22,564 bases of DNA from Candidatus Eiseniibacteriota bacterium. Its GTDB lineage: Bacteria; Eisenbacteria; RBG-16-71-46; CAZEPH01. The notes below the pieces were generated by a model. That model made no database searches. It was not told the origin of the DNA and saw only the letters and a list, made by a program, of their open reading frames with translations. This document shows positions 8,386 through 17,000 of the stretch, piece by piece. A program made the translations under genes and the position numbers. The stretch covers positions 1-22,564 of the forward strand of contig JBGATO010000058.1 of the NCBI GenBank assembly GCA_044229145.1, written 5' to 3'. Position 1 is the first letter of the stretch, and every line of letters starts with the position of its first letter.

Positions 8386-10740
8386 ATGGCGTTGAACGCC
8401 GGCTCGCGGCTCGGTCCCTACGACATCGTCGGCGCGCTCGGCGCCGGCGGCATGGGCGAGGTGTACCGCGCGCACGATCCGCGTCTCGGGCGCGACGTCG
8501 CGCTCAAGGTGTTGCCTGCTGCAGTGGCTGCAGACCCGGCGCGGCTCGCGCGCTTCGAACGCGAGGCGCGCGCCGTCGCCGCGCTCACGCACCCCAACAT
8601 CGTCACGCTGTACTCGATCGAAGACGCCGGCGGCGTGCGCTTCCTGACGATGGAACTCGTCGAGGGCGAGAGTCTCGACGCGCGCGTGCAACCCGGCGGC
8701 GCGCCGGTGGCCGCGTTGCTCGACATGGCGATTCCGCTCGCGAAGGCGCTGGCCGCCGCGCACGAACGCGGCATCGTGCATCGCGATCTCAAGCCGGCGA
8801 ACGTCATGATCGCGCGCGACGGCACCGTGAAGGTGCTCGACTTCGGCTTGGCGAAAATGGGCGGCGCCGACGAACCGGTCGTCGCGAGCGACAGCGCGCG
8901 CACGATGACCGCGGGCGCCGCGCCGCTTTCCGCCGCCGGCGCGCAGATGGGCACCGTGCCCTACATGTCGCCCGAGCAAGTCCGCGGCGAACCGGCCGAC
9001 GCGCGCAGCGACCTCTTCGCATTCGGCATCGTGTTGTACGAACTCGCAACAGGACGGCGGCCGTTCGGCGGCGCGACGTCCGCGGACGTCAGTTCGGCGA
9101 TCCTGCGCGACACGCCACCGCCGCCGCGCGTGGTGCGCGGCGAACTGCCGCTCGACCTCGAGCGCATCGTCACGCGCTGTCTGGCGAAGGATCCGCGCGA
9201 GCGCTTCCAGACCGCGCTCGACGTGGCGAACGAACTGCGGCTCGTGAAGCGTGCGCTGCAGGGCGGCGTTGCGCCGCGCGCCGCCGCGCCGGAGGAGACG
9301 CCGTCGATCGCCGTGCTGCCGTTCGTCAACCGCAGCCGCGACGAAGAAGACGCGTACTTCGCCGAAGGGCTCGCCGACGAAGTGCTCGGCGTGTTGGCGA
9401 AGATCCGTGGGCTGCGCGTCGCCTCGCGCTCGTCGGCAGCGCTGTTCAAGGACGCGAGCGAGGCGCCCGCCGCCATCGGCGAAAAGTTGAACGTCGCCAC
9501 GCTGCTCGAAGGCACGGTGCGCAAATCCGGCACGCGGGTGCGCATCGCCGTGCAGTTGATCAAGGCAGCCGACGGCTTTCATCTGTGGTCGGAGACCTAC
9601 GATCGCACGCTCGACGACATCTTCGCCGTGCAGGATGACATCGCCCAGGCGGTGGTGAAGGAATTGCGCACGACGTTACTCGGCGAGACGCCGGACAGTG
9701 GCGCCAGCGGCGAGGTGCGTGCCGAAGTCGCCCGCGCCGCGCGCGGCCGCGCGCGCGATCCCGAATCGCACCGGCTCTATCTCGAGGGACGCTACTTCGT
9801 CAACCGGCTCGAGCACGCGGACATGGAGCGCGGCATCGCGTTGCTGCGGCAGGCGGTCGCGATCGATCCCGCGAACGCGCTCGCGTGGGCGCAGCTCGCC
9901 GCCGGTCTGCGGTACTTCAGCGCGCACGGATTCGTCGGTGTCGCCGAATCGCACCGCGAGGCGATGGACGCGGCGCGGCGCGCCGCCGAACTCGCGCCGG
10001 AGATCGCCGACGGCTACATCGCACTCGGTGTCGGACAACTGTGGTTCGACTACGCGTGGGAGGCGGCCGAGGCGAACTTCCGCCTGGCGGAGCGCTGCGC
10101 GCCGGATGATCCCGCGGTGTGGACGAATCTCAGCATCGCGTTCTTCGGCACCGGCCGGCTGGAGGAGGCGCGGGTGGCGTGCGAACGCGCGCTCGCCCTC
10201 GATCCGCTGTCGATCATCGCGTTGTATCACCTGTGCCGCATTCACCGCAGCGCCGGGCGCTACGCGGACGCCGAGGCGGTGGCCCGCCGTGCCATCGAAG
10301 TGTCGCCAGGCGCCAGCGCCGCGCACTCGTTGCTCGCGTCGGCCGTGGGGGCGCAGGGCCGCCTCGAGGACGCGCTCGCGATCATCGCACGCGAACCGTC
10401 GAACTGGGCGCGGTGGGAAATCGAGGCGAAGCTCCTGCATCGGCTCGGCCGCCGCGACGAGGCGCGGCAGACGCTCGTGCAACTCGTGGCCGCGCACGCG
10501 CAGGATGCCGGTTATCAGATCGCGCAAGTGTACGCGGTGCTCGGCGACGCCGACGAGGCGTTCCGCTGGCTCGACACGGCGGTCGCCACGCACGATCCCG
10601 GCATCGTGTTCACCCTGTGCAGCGTGGATTTGCGGCCGCTGCATGGCGATCCGCGGTGGGACATCTTCTTGTCGCGTCTCGGATTGTCGGCGGATCTGTC
10701 GCGGGCCATCGCGCGAGCGGCAGAGAGCGGGGCGCGGTAG
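8386..10740 (+). CDS. Cytoplasmic Ser/Thr kinase with TolB_N-like domain and TPR repeats, 784 aa
   Basis: Kinase motifs GAGGMGEV, VALK, HRDLKPAN, DFG, YMSPE. SIAVLPFVN...YFAEGLADE...HLWSETYDRTLDDIFAVQDDIA is the typical TolB_N-like segment. TPR helices (AVAIDPANALAW, RALALDPLS, RAIEVSPGA). No TM. SD GGAGGT at 8371-8376 overlaps the upstream stop. Confidence 0.95.
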   Translation: MALNAGSRLGPYDIVGALGAGGMGEVYRAHDPRLGRDVALKVLPAAVAADPARLARFEREARAVAALTHPNIVTLYSIEDAGGVRFLTMELVEGESLDARVQPGGAPVAALLDMAIPLAKALAAAHERGIVHRDLKPANVMIARDGTVKVLDFGLAKMGGADEPVVASDSARTMTAGAAPLSAAGAQMGTVPYMSPEQVRGEPADARSDLFAFGIVLYELATGRRPFGGATSADVSSAILRDTPPPPRVVRGELPLDLERIVTRCLAKDPRERFQTALDVANELRLVKRALQGGVAPRAAAPEETPSIAVLPFVNRSRDEEDAYFAEGLADEVLGVLAKIRGLRVASRSSAALFKDASEAPAAIGEKLNVATLLEGTVRKSGTRVRIAVQLIKAADGFHLWSETYDRTLDDIFAVQDDIAQAVVKELRTTLLGETPDSGASGEVRAEVARAARGRARDPESHRLYLEGRYFVNRLEHADMERGIALLRQAVAIDPANALAWAQLAAGLRYFSAHGFVGVAESHREAMDAARRAAELAPEIADGYIALGVGQLWFDYAWEAAEANFRLAERCAPDDPAVWTNLSIAFFGTGRLEEARVACERALALDPLSIIALYHLCRIHRSAGRYADAEAVARRAIEVSPGASAAHSLLASAVGAQGRLEDALAIIAREPSNWARWEIEAKLLHRLGRRDEARQTLVQLVAAHAQDAGYQIAQVYAVLGDADEAFRWLDTAVATHDPGIVFTLCSVDLRPLHGDPRWDIFLSRLGLSADLSRAIARAAESGAR

Positions 10741-10802
10741 CGACAGCCCGCAGTGTCCGACCACGACCCGTCCCTCTCAGCGCCCGCCCAGCCGACGTCG
10801 GG

Positions 10803-12302
10803 TTAGTGCATCCAGACGAACCGATGCGCGACGCGCTCCGCGCCCATCCGCAGTTCACACACATATGTTCCCGTGGGGGCGCGGTGTGCGTGGCTCAGAG
10901 TCCCGTCCCACCGGAGGCGGAACGCGCCCGCGGTGTCGACCTCCTGTTCGTGCCGCCACACTTCCTTGCCCGCGGCGGTCAGGATCACCACGGAGGCGTG
11001 CCCGGGACGAGGCGCGCGGCAGTGCAATGTGACGCCGCCGGCGTGCGAGGGAGAACTCGCGATCTCGAGCGCCAGTGCGGGCAGAGCGGTCTCGTCTCCG
11101 GGGCGCTCGCCCGGACGGACGGCCGTCTGTCCGGAGGTGTTGCGGATGACCGTGACGTACCCTTCCGCCTCGCAGAGAATCGCCTCCGGGCGGTCGTCGC
11201 CATTGAGATCGGCCAGCGTGAGGGCGAGCGGCGAATGTCCGACGGCGAGCGCTTGCGTGGCGCTCAACGCCATGTTCCCGACACCGCGGAAGGCGAACAG
11301 CGAATCGGTCGATCCATCCGCGGCCACGACATCGGGGATTGCATCGTTGTCCACATCGCCGATCGCGAGGAGTCCCGACGGGTACGGTGCGTGCGAAAAT
11401 GGCACGGCGGGGCCACGCTGCATCACAGGCCCCGCGCCCACGCGCCACACCACGAGCGAATCGGTAGCGATCACGATCTCCGCCGCGCCGCCGTCGCCGA
11501 GGTCTCCCACCGCCACACCCGCCGGAGGCGGATCGAAGATTCCTAAATCCGCCTGCGAGGCGAATGCGAAGCGCCCTCCGCCGCTGCCTCCCAGAAACGC
11601 CTGTACGAGGTTCGTCCCCGGCCCGCAGGGGTAGGACAGCGTCGAGGTCACGATGGCGTCCGCGACGCCATCCGCGCTCACGTCCCCGACATCCGCCGCG
11701 AGCAGGGCGCAGCCGCCGGTCAGCACGGAGTCCGAGACACCCAGCGTACCGTCGCCGTGGCCCGGGAAGGTGCACAGCCGCGACGCCGTTTCGGTGTAGA
11801 CATCCCAGTGCCCGGTGACGGTGAGGACGTCCGGGTGGGTGTCTCCGGTGAATTCGCCGACGCGCACGAAGCGCATCTTGCCGGCGGCTCCGTAATTCAC
11901 ACCCGGGGCCAACGTGCCGTCGCCCTGCCCGAGGTGAACGGTGACCGTGCCGAAATCGGTTTCCCCGCTCGCCGCGACGACGTCCACCGTGCCGTTGCCA
12001 TCGAGGTCTCCGACATCGAGCGCCACGGGATTCGAATAGGTCGGAACGTCAGTCCGGATTCCGAGCGTGCCGTCGCCGTTTCCCAGGAAGACCGCCAGCG
12101 ACCCTGCGTTCTTGGCCGCCACGATCAGATCCAACTTGCCGTCTCCATTGAGATCGGCGGCGGCCGCGGCGGAGGGCCGGCCGGGACAGACGTAGTGCTG
12201 CGGGGATCCGAAGAGCACGGGAGCGCTGGCATGCAGAGCCGTCGGCCACACGAGACCGAGGAGCGCGAGCCTTCCGACAACACGAGCGGGGGTCTGCCTC
12301 AT
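10803..12302 (-). CDS. Secreted FG-GAP/VCBS repeat beta-propeller protein with C-terminal FlgD-like Ig domain, ~499 aa
   Basis: Repeats ADLNGDGKLDLIV, GDLDGNGTVDVV, GEFTGDTHPDVL, GDVSADGVADAIV, GDLGDGGAAEIV, GDVDNDAIPDVV and ADLNGDDRPEAI. The tail contains ILTAAGKEV...RWDGT...APTGTYVCEL. Start set at ATG 12302 (GGAGG at 12313-12317, then signal peptide MRQTPARVVGRLALLGLVWPTALHA) rather than 12647, which overlaps the next gene. Confidence 0.9.
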   Translation of the reverse strand: MRQTPARVVGRLALLGLVWPTALHASAPVLFGSPQHYVCPGRPSAAAAADLNGDGKLDLIVAAKNAGSLAVFLGNGDGTLGIRTDVPTYSNPVALDVGDLDGNGTVDVVAASGETDFGTVTVHLGQGDGTLAPGVNYGAAGKMRFVRVGEFTGDTHPDVLTVTGHWDVYTETASRLCTFPGHGDGTLGVSDSVLTGGCALLAADVGDVSADGVADAIVTSTLSYPCGPGTNLVQAFLGGSGGGRFAFASQADLGIFDPPPAGVAVGDLGDGGAAEIVIATDSLVVWRVGAGPVMQRGPAVPFSHAPYPSGLLAIGDVDNDAIPDVVAADGSTDSLFAFRGVGNMALSATQALAVGHSPLALTLADLNGDDRPEAILCEAEGYVTVIRNTSGQTAVRPGERPGDETALPALALEIASSPSHAGGVTLHCRAPRPGHASVVILTAAGKEVWRHEQEVDTAGAFRLRWDGTLSHAHRAPTGTYVCELRMGAERVAHRFVWMH

Positions 12303-12450
12303 CCTCCACTGTCCTCCGAAAAGTCGGGTCGAGCGGGACCCGCGCGATGCGTGGAGGTAGTGGGGGATCGGCGCGCGGCGGACGAGATTCCACTGTCGAC
12401 CACCGCCCCGCCGGATGCAATTGGTACTTTCGCGGGTGCGCCGCCGGCCG

Positions 12451-13275
12451 TCACCCGCGCGGTCTGCGCCCCGCCACCACCGGGACGTGCCACACCGCAT
12501 AGCAGGAGGGATCGCGCACGCTGGCGATCGCGCCGTCGAAGGCGCGAATCGCCTCGTCGCGCGAAAACCGCGTGAACTCCGCCGCAGCGCCCGCGTAGCC
12601 GTCGCGCCATGCCGTGAAGATGGCCGCCAGCGTTTCGCGCGGGACACGCAGTGTGTCGGCCACGACGTACTCGACGCTGACGTCCTGATAGCCGAGCGAC
12701 TGCAACAGCGGCACTGCGTGCCGTCCCACGTGCATGTCGGTGCCGGTCGCGCGGCCGAACTGCCAGGGCGCTTCGTGGAAGAACTCGGTGACCAAGGGAT
12801 CCGCCGCGCCGAAGTGCAGCATGCCGTAATCCTCGGCGATGAGGTGCAGCCAGCCGCCCGGCTTGAGCACGCGCGTCAGCTCCGCCACCGCGCGATCGGC
12901 GTGCGGAATCGACTGCAGGACGTGGCGACACGCGACGAGGTCGTAGGTCGCATCGCCGTCGGCCAACTCGAAGATGCTGCCCTGCGCGAACGACAGCCGC
13001 GGCGCGCGCGCGGCGTGCCGCTGTCGCGCCACCGCCAGCGGCTCCTCGATCACGTCGAGCCCGCGCACCGTGGCGTCCGGCCACTGCACGGCAACCCGCG
13101 ATGCCCACTCGCCGGTGCCGCAGCCGGCGTCGAGCACGCGCGGCGCCGGCGGCAAATCGTAGCGCGCGACCAAGAGCTGCTCTTGCGGCCAAATCGCCGC
13201 CGCTTGCGCGGCGAGCGTGCGCACCATCGACTCGTCGGCCATCTGGGCGCGCTGCGGATTGAGGTCGTCGGACAT
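12451..13275 (-). CDS. Class I SAM-dependent methyltransferase, ~274 aa
   Basis: Motif I RVLDAGCGTG, acidic residue in VRGLDV, YDLVACRHVLQ and LTRVLKPGGWL. Start set at ATG 13275 with SD AGGAG at 13283-13287. Substrate unknown. Confidence 0.9.
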   Translation of the reverse strand: MSDDLNPQRAQMADESMVRTLAAQAAAIWPQEQLLVARYDLPPAPRVLDAGCGTGEWASRVAVQWPDATVRGLDVIEEPLAVARQRHAARAPRLSFAQGSIFELADGDATYDLVACRHVLQSIPHADRAVAELTRVLKPGGWLHLIAEDYGMLHFGAADPLVTEFFHEAPWQFGRATGTDMHVGRHAVPLLQSLGYQDVSVEYVVADTLRVPRETLAAIFTAWRDGYAGAAAEFTRFSRDEAIRAFDGAIASVRDPSCYAVWHVPVVAGRRPRG

Positions 13276-13456
13276 GCGGGGGCTCCTGGGAGGCGACGAG
13301 AGGCGAGGGAGGCGCCAGCGTACCCGCAGTCGCGCCGCCGCGAAAGTCGTCCCGACGGAAATCGCCCCACCGGACGCGGGAATCGCCACGAACGCTTCCT
13401 TCTGGCCGCCGAATCCGGCAAACTCGTTGTGCCACTAGACGATCCGGAGACGAAAC

Positions 13457-14032
13457 ATGGCGGAGGCGCCGGACATCACGCAGGTCCTGCTGCAGGCCGG
13501 GGACGGAGCGCCGTCGTCGGTGGATCGCCTGTTCGCCGTGTTGTACGACGACCTCCGACATCTCGCCATCCAGCGCATGCGCTACGAAGACCCGAGCATT
13601 ACGTTGCAAGCCACCGCCCTCGTCCACGAAGCCTACGCGCGGCTGGTCGATCAGACGCGCTGTCAGTGGCAGAACCGCGCGCAGTTCCTCGCCGTGGCGA
13701 GCCGCGTGATGCGGCGCATCCTGGTGGATCATGCGCGGCGGCGCGGCCGGCAGAAGCGCGGGCAGGGCTGGCGCCGCGAGGATCTCTCCGAACAACTCGC
13801 CTCCGGCGCGGTGGTGGACGAGGACCAACTGGTGCTGCTCGACGACGCCTTGCGGGCGCTCGAGGCGCGCTACCCGCGGCATGCCAGCGTCGTCGAGATG
13901 CGCTTCTTCGGTGGATTGACGCAAGAGGAAGCGGCCGCGGCGCTCGGCGTCACCGATCGCACGGTGCGCCGTGATTGGGAGTTCGCGCGGGCGTGGCTGT
14001 ACCGCGCGCTGGTGGAGTCGCCCGCCTCGTGA
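13457..14032 (+). CDS. ECF sigma factor of the Ser/Thr-kinase-associated type (TIGR02999-like), 191 aa
   Basis: Signature LFAVLYDDLRHLA...TLQATALVHEAYARL...WQNRAQFLAVASRVMRRILVDHAR. Region 4 VVEMRFFGGLTQEEAAAALGVTDRTVRRDWEFARAWL. GGAG at 13446-13449. Lies 19 nt upstream of a kinase gene. Confidence 0.93.
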   Translation: MAEAPDITQVLLQAGDGAPSSVDRLFAVLYDDLRHLAIQRMRYEDPSITLQATALVHEAYARLVDQTRCQWQNRAQFLAVASRVMRRILVDHARRRGRQKRGQGWRREDLSEQLASGAVVDEDQLVLLDDALRALEARYPRHASVVEMRFFGGLTQEEAAAALGVTDRTVRRDWEFARAWLYRALVESPAS

Positions 14033-14051
14033 TCGTCTCGAGGAGTGGGCG

Positions 14052-17000
14052 ATGAACGATCGCGATGCGCGTGCCGCGGACATCTTCTCCGACGCCCTCG
14101 AACTGTCGCCCGGCGCGCGGGCCGCGTTCGTCGCCGCCGCGTGCGGCGACGACGAGCCGTTACGAAAGGACGTGCAGGCCCTTCTCGCCGCGGCTCCCGC
14201 CGCCGACGCCTTGTTCGCGCGCCCGGTCTCGCTCGCCACGCCGCTCGAGGAGAGCGACCCCGCGGTGGGGCTGGTGCTCGGCGCGTGGCGCATTCTGGCG
14301 CCGCTCGCTCACGGCGGCATGGGTTCCGTCTACCGCGGCGAACGCATCGACGCGGCGTTCGCGAAGACGGTCGCGATCAAGTTGCTGCGCGTCGGGCTCG
14401 CGGGCGATACGCCGCGCGACCGCTTCCACCGCGAGCGTCAGGTGCTGGCGCGCCTCGAACATCCGCACATCGCGCGCCTGCTCGACGGCGGCTCGACGGC
14501 CGATGGCGTGCCGTACCTCGTCATGGAATTTGTCGACGGCATGGCACTCGATGCGTGGTGCGACACGCGGGCTCTCGACATGCGCGCGCGGCTCGCGCTC
14601 TTCCTCGACGTGTGCGATGCGGTGGCGTACGCACACCGCGCGCTGGTCGTGCACCGCGATCTCAAGCCGGCCAACATCTTCGTCGACGGCGACGGCCGCG
14701 TGAAGCTGCTCGACTTCGGCATCGCGAAGTTGCTCGACGAGGGCGAGGACGGCGTGGATCTCACGCGCACCGCGACGCGCGCCTTTTCGCCGCGCTACGC
14801 CAGCCCGGAGCAGATCGCCGGCGCACCGATCACCACCGCCAGCGATGTCTATAGCCTGGGCGTCGTGTTGTTCGAGCTGCTGGCCGGCGTCTCGCCGTAC
14901 GCCGAGGCGCGCGAACGCGGCGCCATCGAACGCGCGGCCGTGGCAGGGGAAACCGTCTCGCTGACGCGTGCGATCGCCAGCGCCGACGACCGCGCCCGAC
15001 TCCGCGGCACCAGCGCCGCGCGCCTCGCCCGCGCCTGTCGCGGCGACCTTGAGACTATCGTGCAGCGCGCGATGGCGCGCGAGCCCGAACGCCGCTACGG
15101 CTCGGTGCAAGAACTCGCCGACGACCTCCGCCGCTTCCTCGCCGGCGAACCGGTACGCGCGCGTCCGGACACCGTGGCGTATCGCGCGACGCGGTTCGCC
15201 CGACGTAATCGGGGAGTGGTCGCGGGTGTGGTCACTGCGGTCGCGGCGCTTGCGGTGGCGCTCGTCGTCAGCCTCGGCGCATTGCGCGACGCGCGCCGCA
15301 ACGCGCGCGAAGCTGAGTGGCTCGCGTACTCCGGCGCGGTGGCCGCCGCCGAAGCGGCGATCCACGGCAATCAACTCGGCGAAGCTGCGCGCCGGCTCGC
15401 GCAAGCGCCCGTGGCGCTGCGTGGCTGGGAGTGGCGGCATCTCGTGGCGCGGCTCGATCGCAGTCGCGCGCACTGGCGCGCGCACGGGCTCGGCATCACG
15501 CGCCTGCGCTACAGCCACGACGGCCGTGTGCTGGCGACGTCCTCGATGGACGGCAGCGTCCGCCTGTGGGATGCCACGCGGGGCGATTCGCTTGCCGCGT
15601 GGATGGCGCTCGGCAGCGAAGCCGAATCCGTCGTGCCGTTCCCCGACGGCACCCGCTGGGCGATTGGCCTGCAGGACGGACGCGTTCTCCTCGCCACGCG
15701 GGGCGAGGCAGCGCCGCGCGCGTTCGCCTCCGGGCCCGGGTGGGCGCTCGTCGACATCTCGCCCGACGGCACGCAGCTGGTCGCCGGGTTCGCCGACGGC
15801 AGCGCGGCGGTCTACGACGTCGCCACCGGCGCCACCCTCACGCAGTGGCAGGCACACGAGATGTTCGCGCTGCCAGTGTGGTCGCCGCGCGGCGATCGCC
15901 TTGCCACCGGGGGCGGCGATGCGCGGCTGCGCGTGTGGGACACGCGTGGCCACGTGCTGCGCGATGTCGCCGCGCACGCCCGCCGCGTCTATGCACTGGC
16001 GTGGAGCGCCGACGGCGTGCAACTCGTCACCGGTTCGATGGATCGCACCGCCACGGTGTGGGACGCGGAGACGCTCACGCCGCGCGCCACCTTCGCGGAG
16101 CACGCCGGCACGGTGGCCAGCGTCGCCTTCTCCGCCGACGGAACGCGCGTGCTTTCCTGCGGCGCCGACGGCCGCGTCTTCGTGTGGGACGCCGCCACGC
16201 ACGCCGCGCTCGCCGAACTGCGCGGACATCGCGGCGATCCGTCGGCCGCGGCGCGCGATCCGCGCGGCGGTGGCTGGGCCACAGGCGACTGGGGCGGCGA
16301 GGTCCGCCTGTGGGATGCCGAGGCCGCCGACGTCCGCAGCCTCGCGCTGCCAAGCGAATCGGACATGCTGAACGCCGCGCTCGACGCGCGGTTCACCACG
16401 GACGGCACGCGTCTCGTCGCGCTCACCACGTCGGGCCACGTCCTCGAGTGGCACGGCGTGGCGCGCAGCCGTCCGGCACGCGAGTATCGCGCGCGCGGCC
16501 GTCACGTCGTGTGGCTCGACGATCGCACCGCGCTTGCCGCCACCGCCACCGGCATGTGGGTGCGCTGGCGTGACGGCGTCGCGGATTCACTGCCCGGCGT
16601 GCCCGGCGACATCACCGCGCTCGACGCCCACGCGGCCGGGCGCTTGGCGGCCACCGGCGGCACCGACTCCACGGTTCGGCTCTGGCGCGCCGGCGACCTC
16701 GCGCCGCTTGCCGTGCTCGGACGCCACGCGGGGGAGGTGCGCGACGTCGCGTTCTCGCCCGATGGCCGCTGGCTCGCCAGCTGTGGTCGCGACAGCGTGG
16801 TCTGCGTGTGGGACGTCGCCGCGCGGCGCCTCGTTCATACATGGCACGGTCATCGTGGCGCCGTGCTCGACGTCGCGTTCTCGCCCGACGGTGCACGACT
16901 CGCCAGCGCTTCGCGCGACGGCACCGTACGCTTGTGGGACGTGGCGCGCGGCGAGAGCCTCGCCACGCTCTGTGACCTCGGCACGCCGGTGGGCGCGGTG

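Noticed and set aside
12426..13347. 10-bp inverted repeat (ACTTTCGCGG / CCGCGAAAGT) flanking the methyltransferase gene, suggesting a mobile cassette
   Set aside because: Too short, with no target-site duplication and no transposase or integrase; compatible with chance.
12303..14051. Longer N-termini in the ORF track for the FG-GAP protein (12647), methyltransferase (13389) and WD40 kinase (13971); likewise kinase 2 (2949)
   Set aside because: The extensions overlap neighbouring genes or promoter regions. Internal ATGs have SD sites or translational coupling and give family-typical N-termini.
160..16505. Very long antisense ORFs (160-2562, 3108-5216, 6801-8024, 8344-9582, 12299-14293, 14160-16505) and many alternative-frame ORFs
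   Set aside because: They overlap genes with clear domain motifs, are Arg/Ala/Gly-rich with no recognisable motifs, and are the expected shadow of high-GC codon bias.
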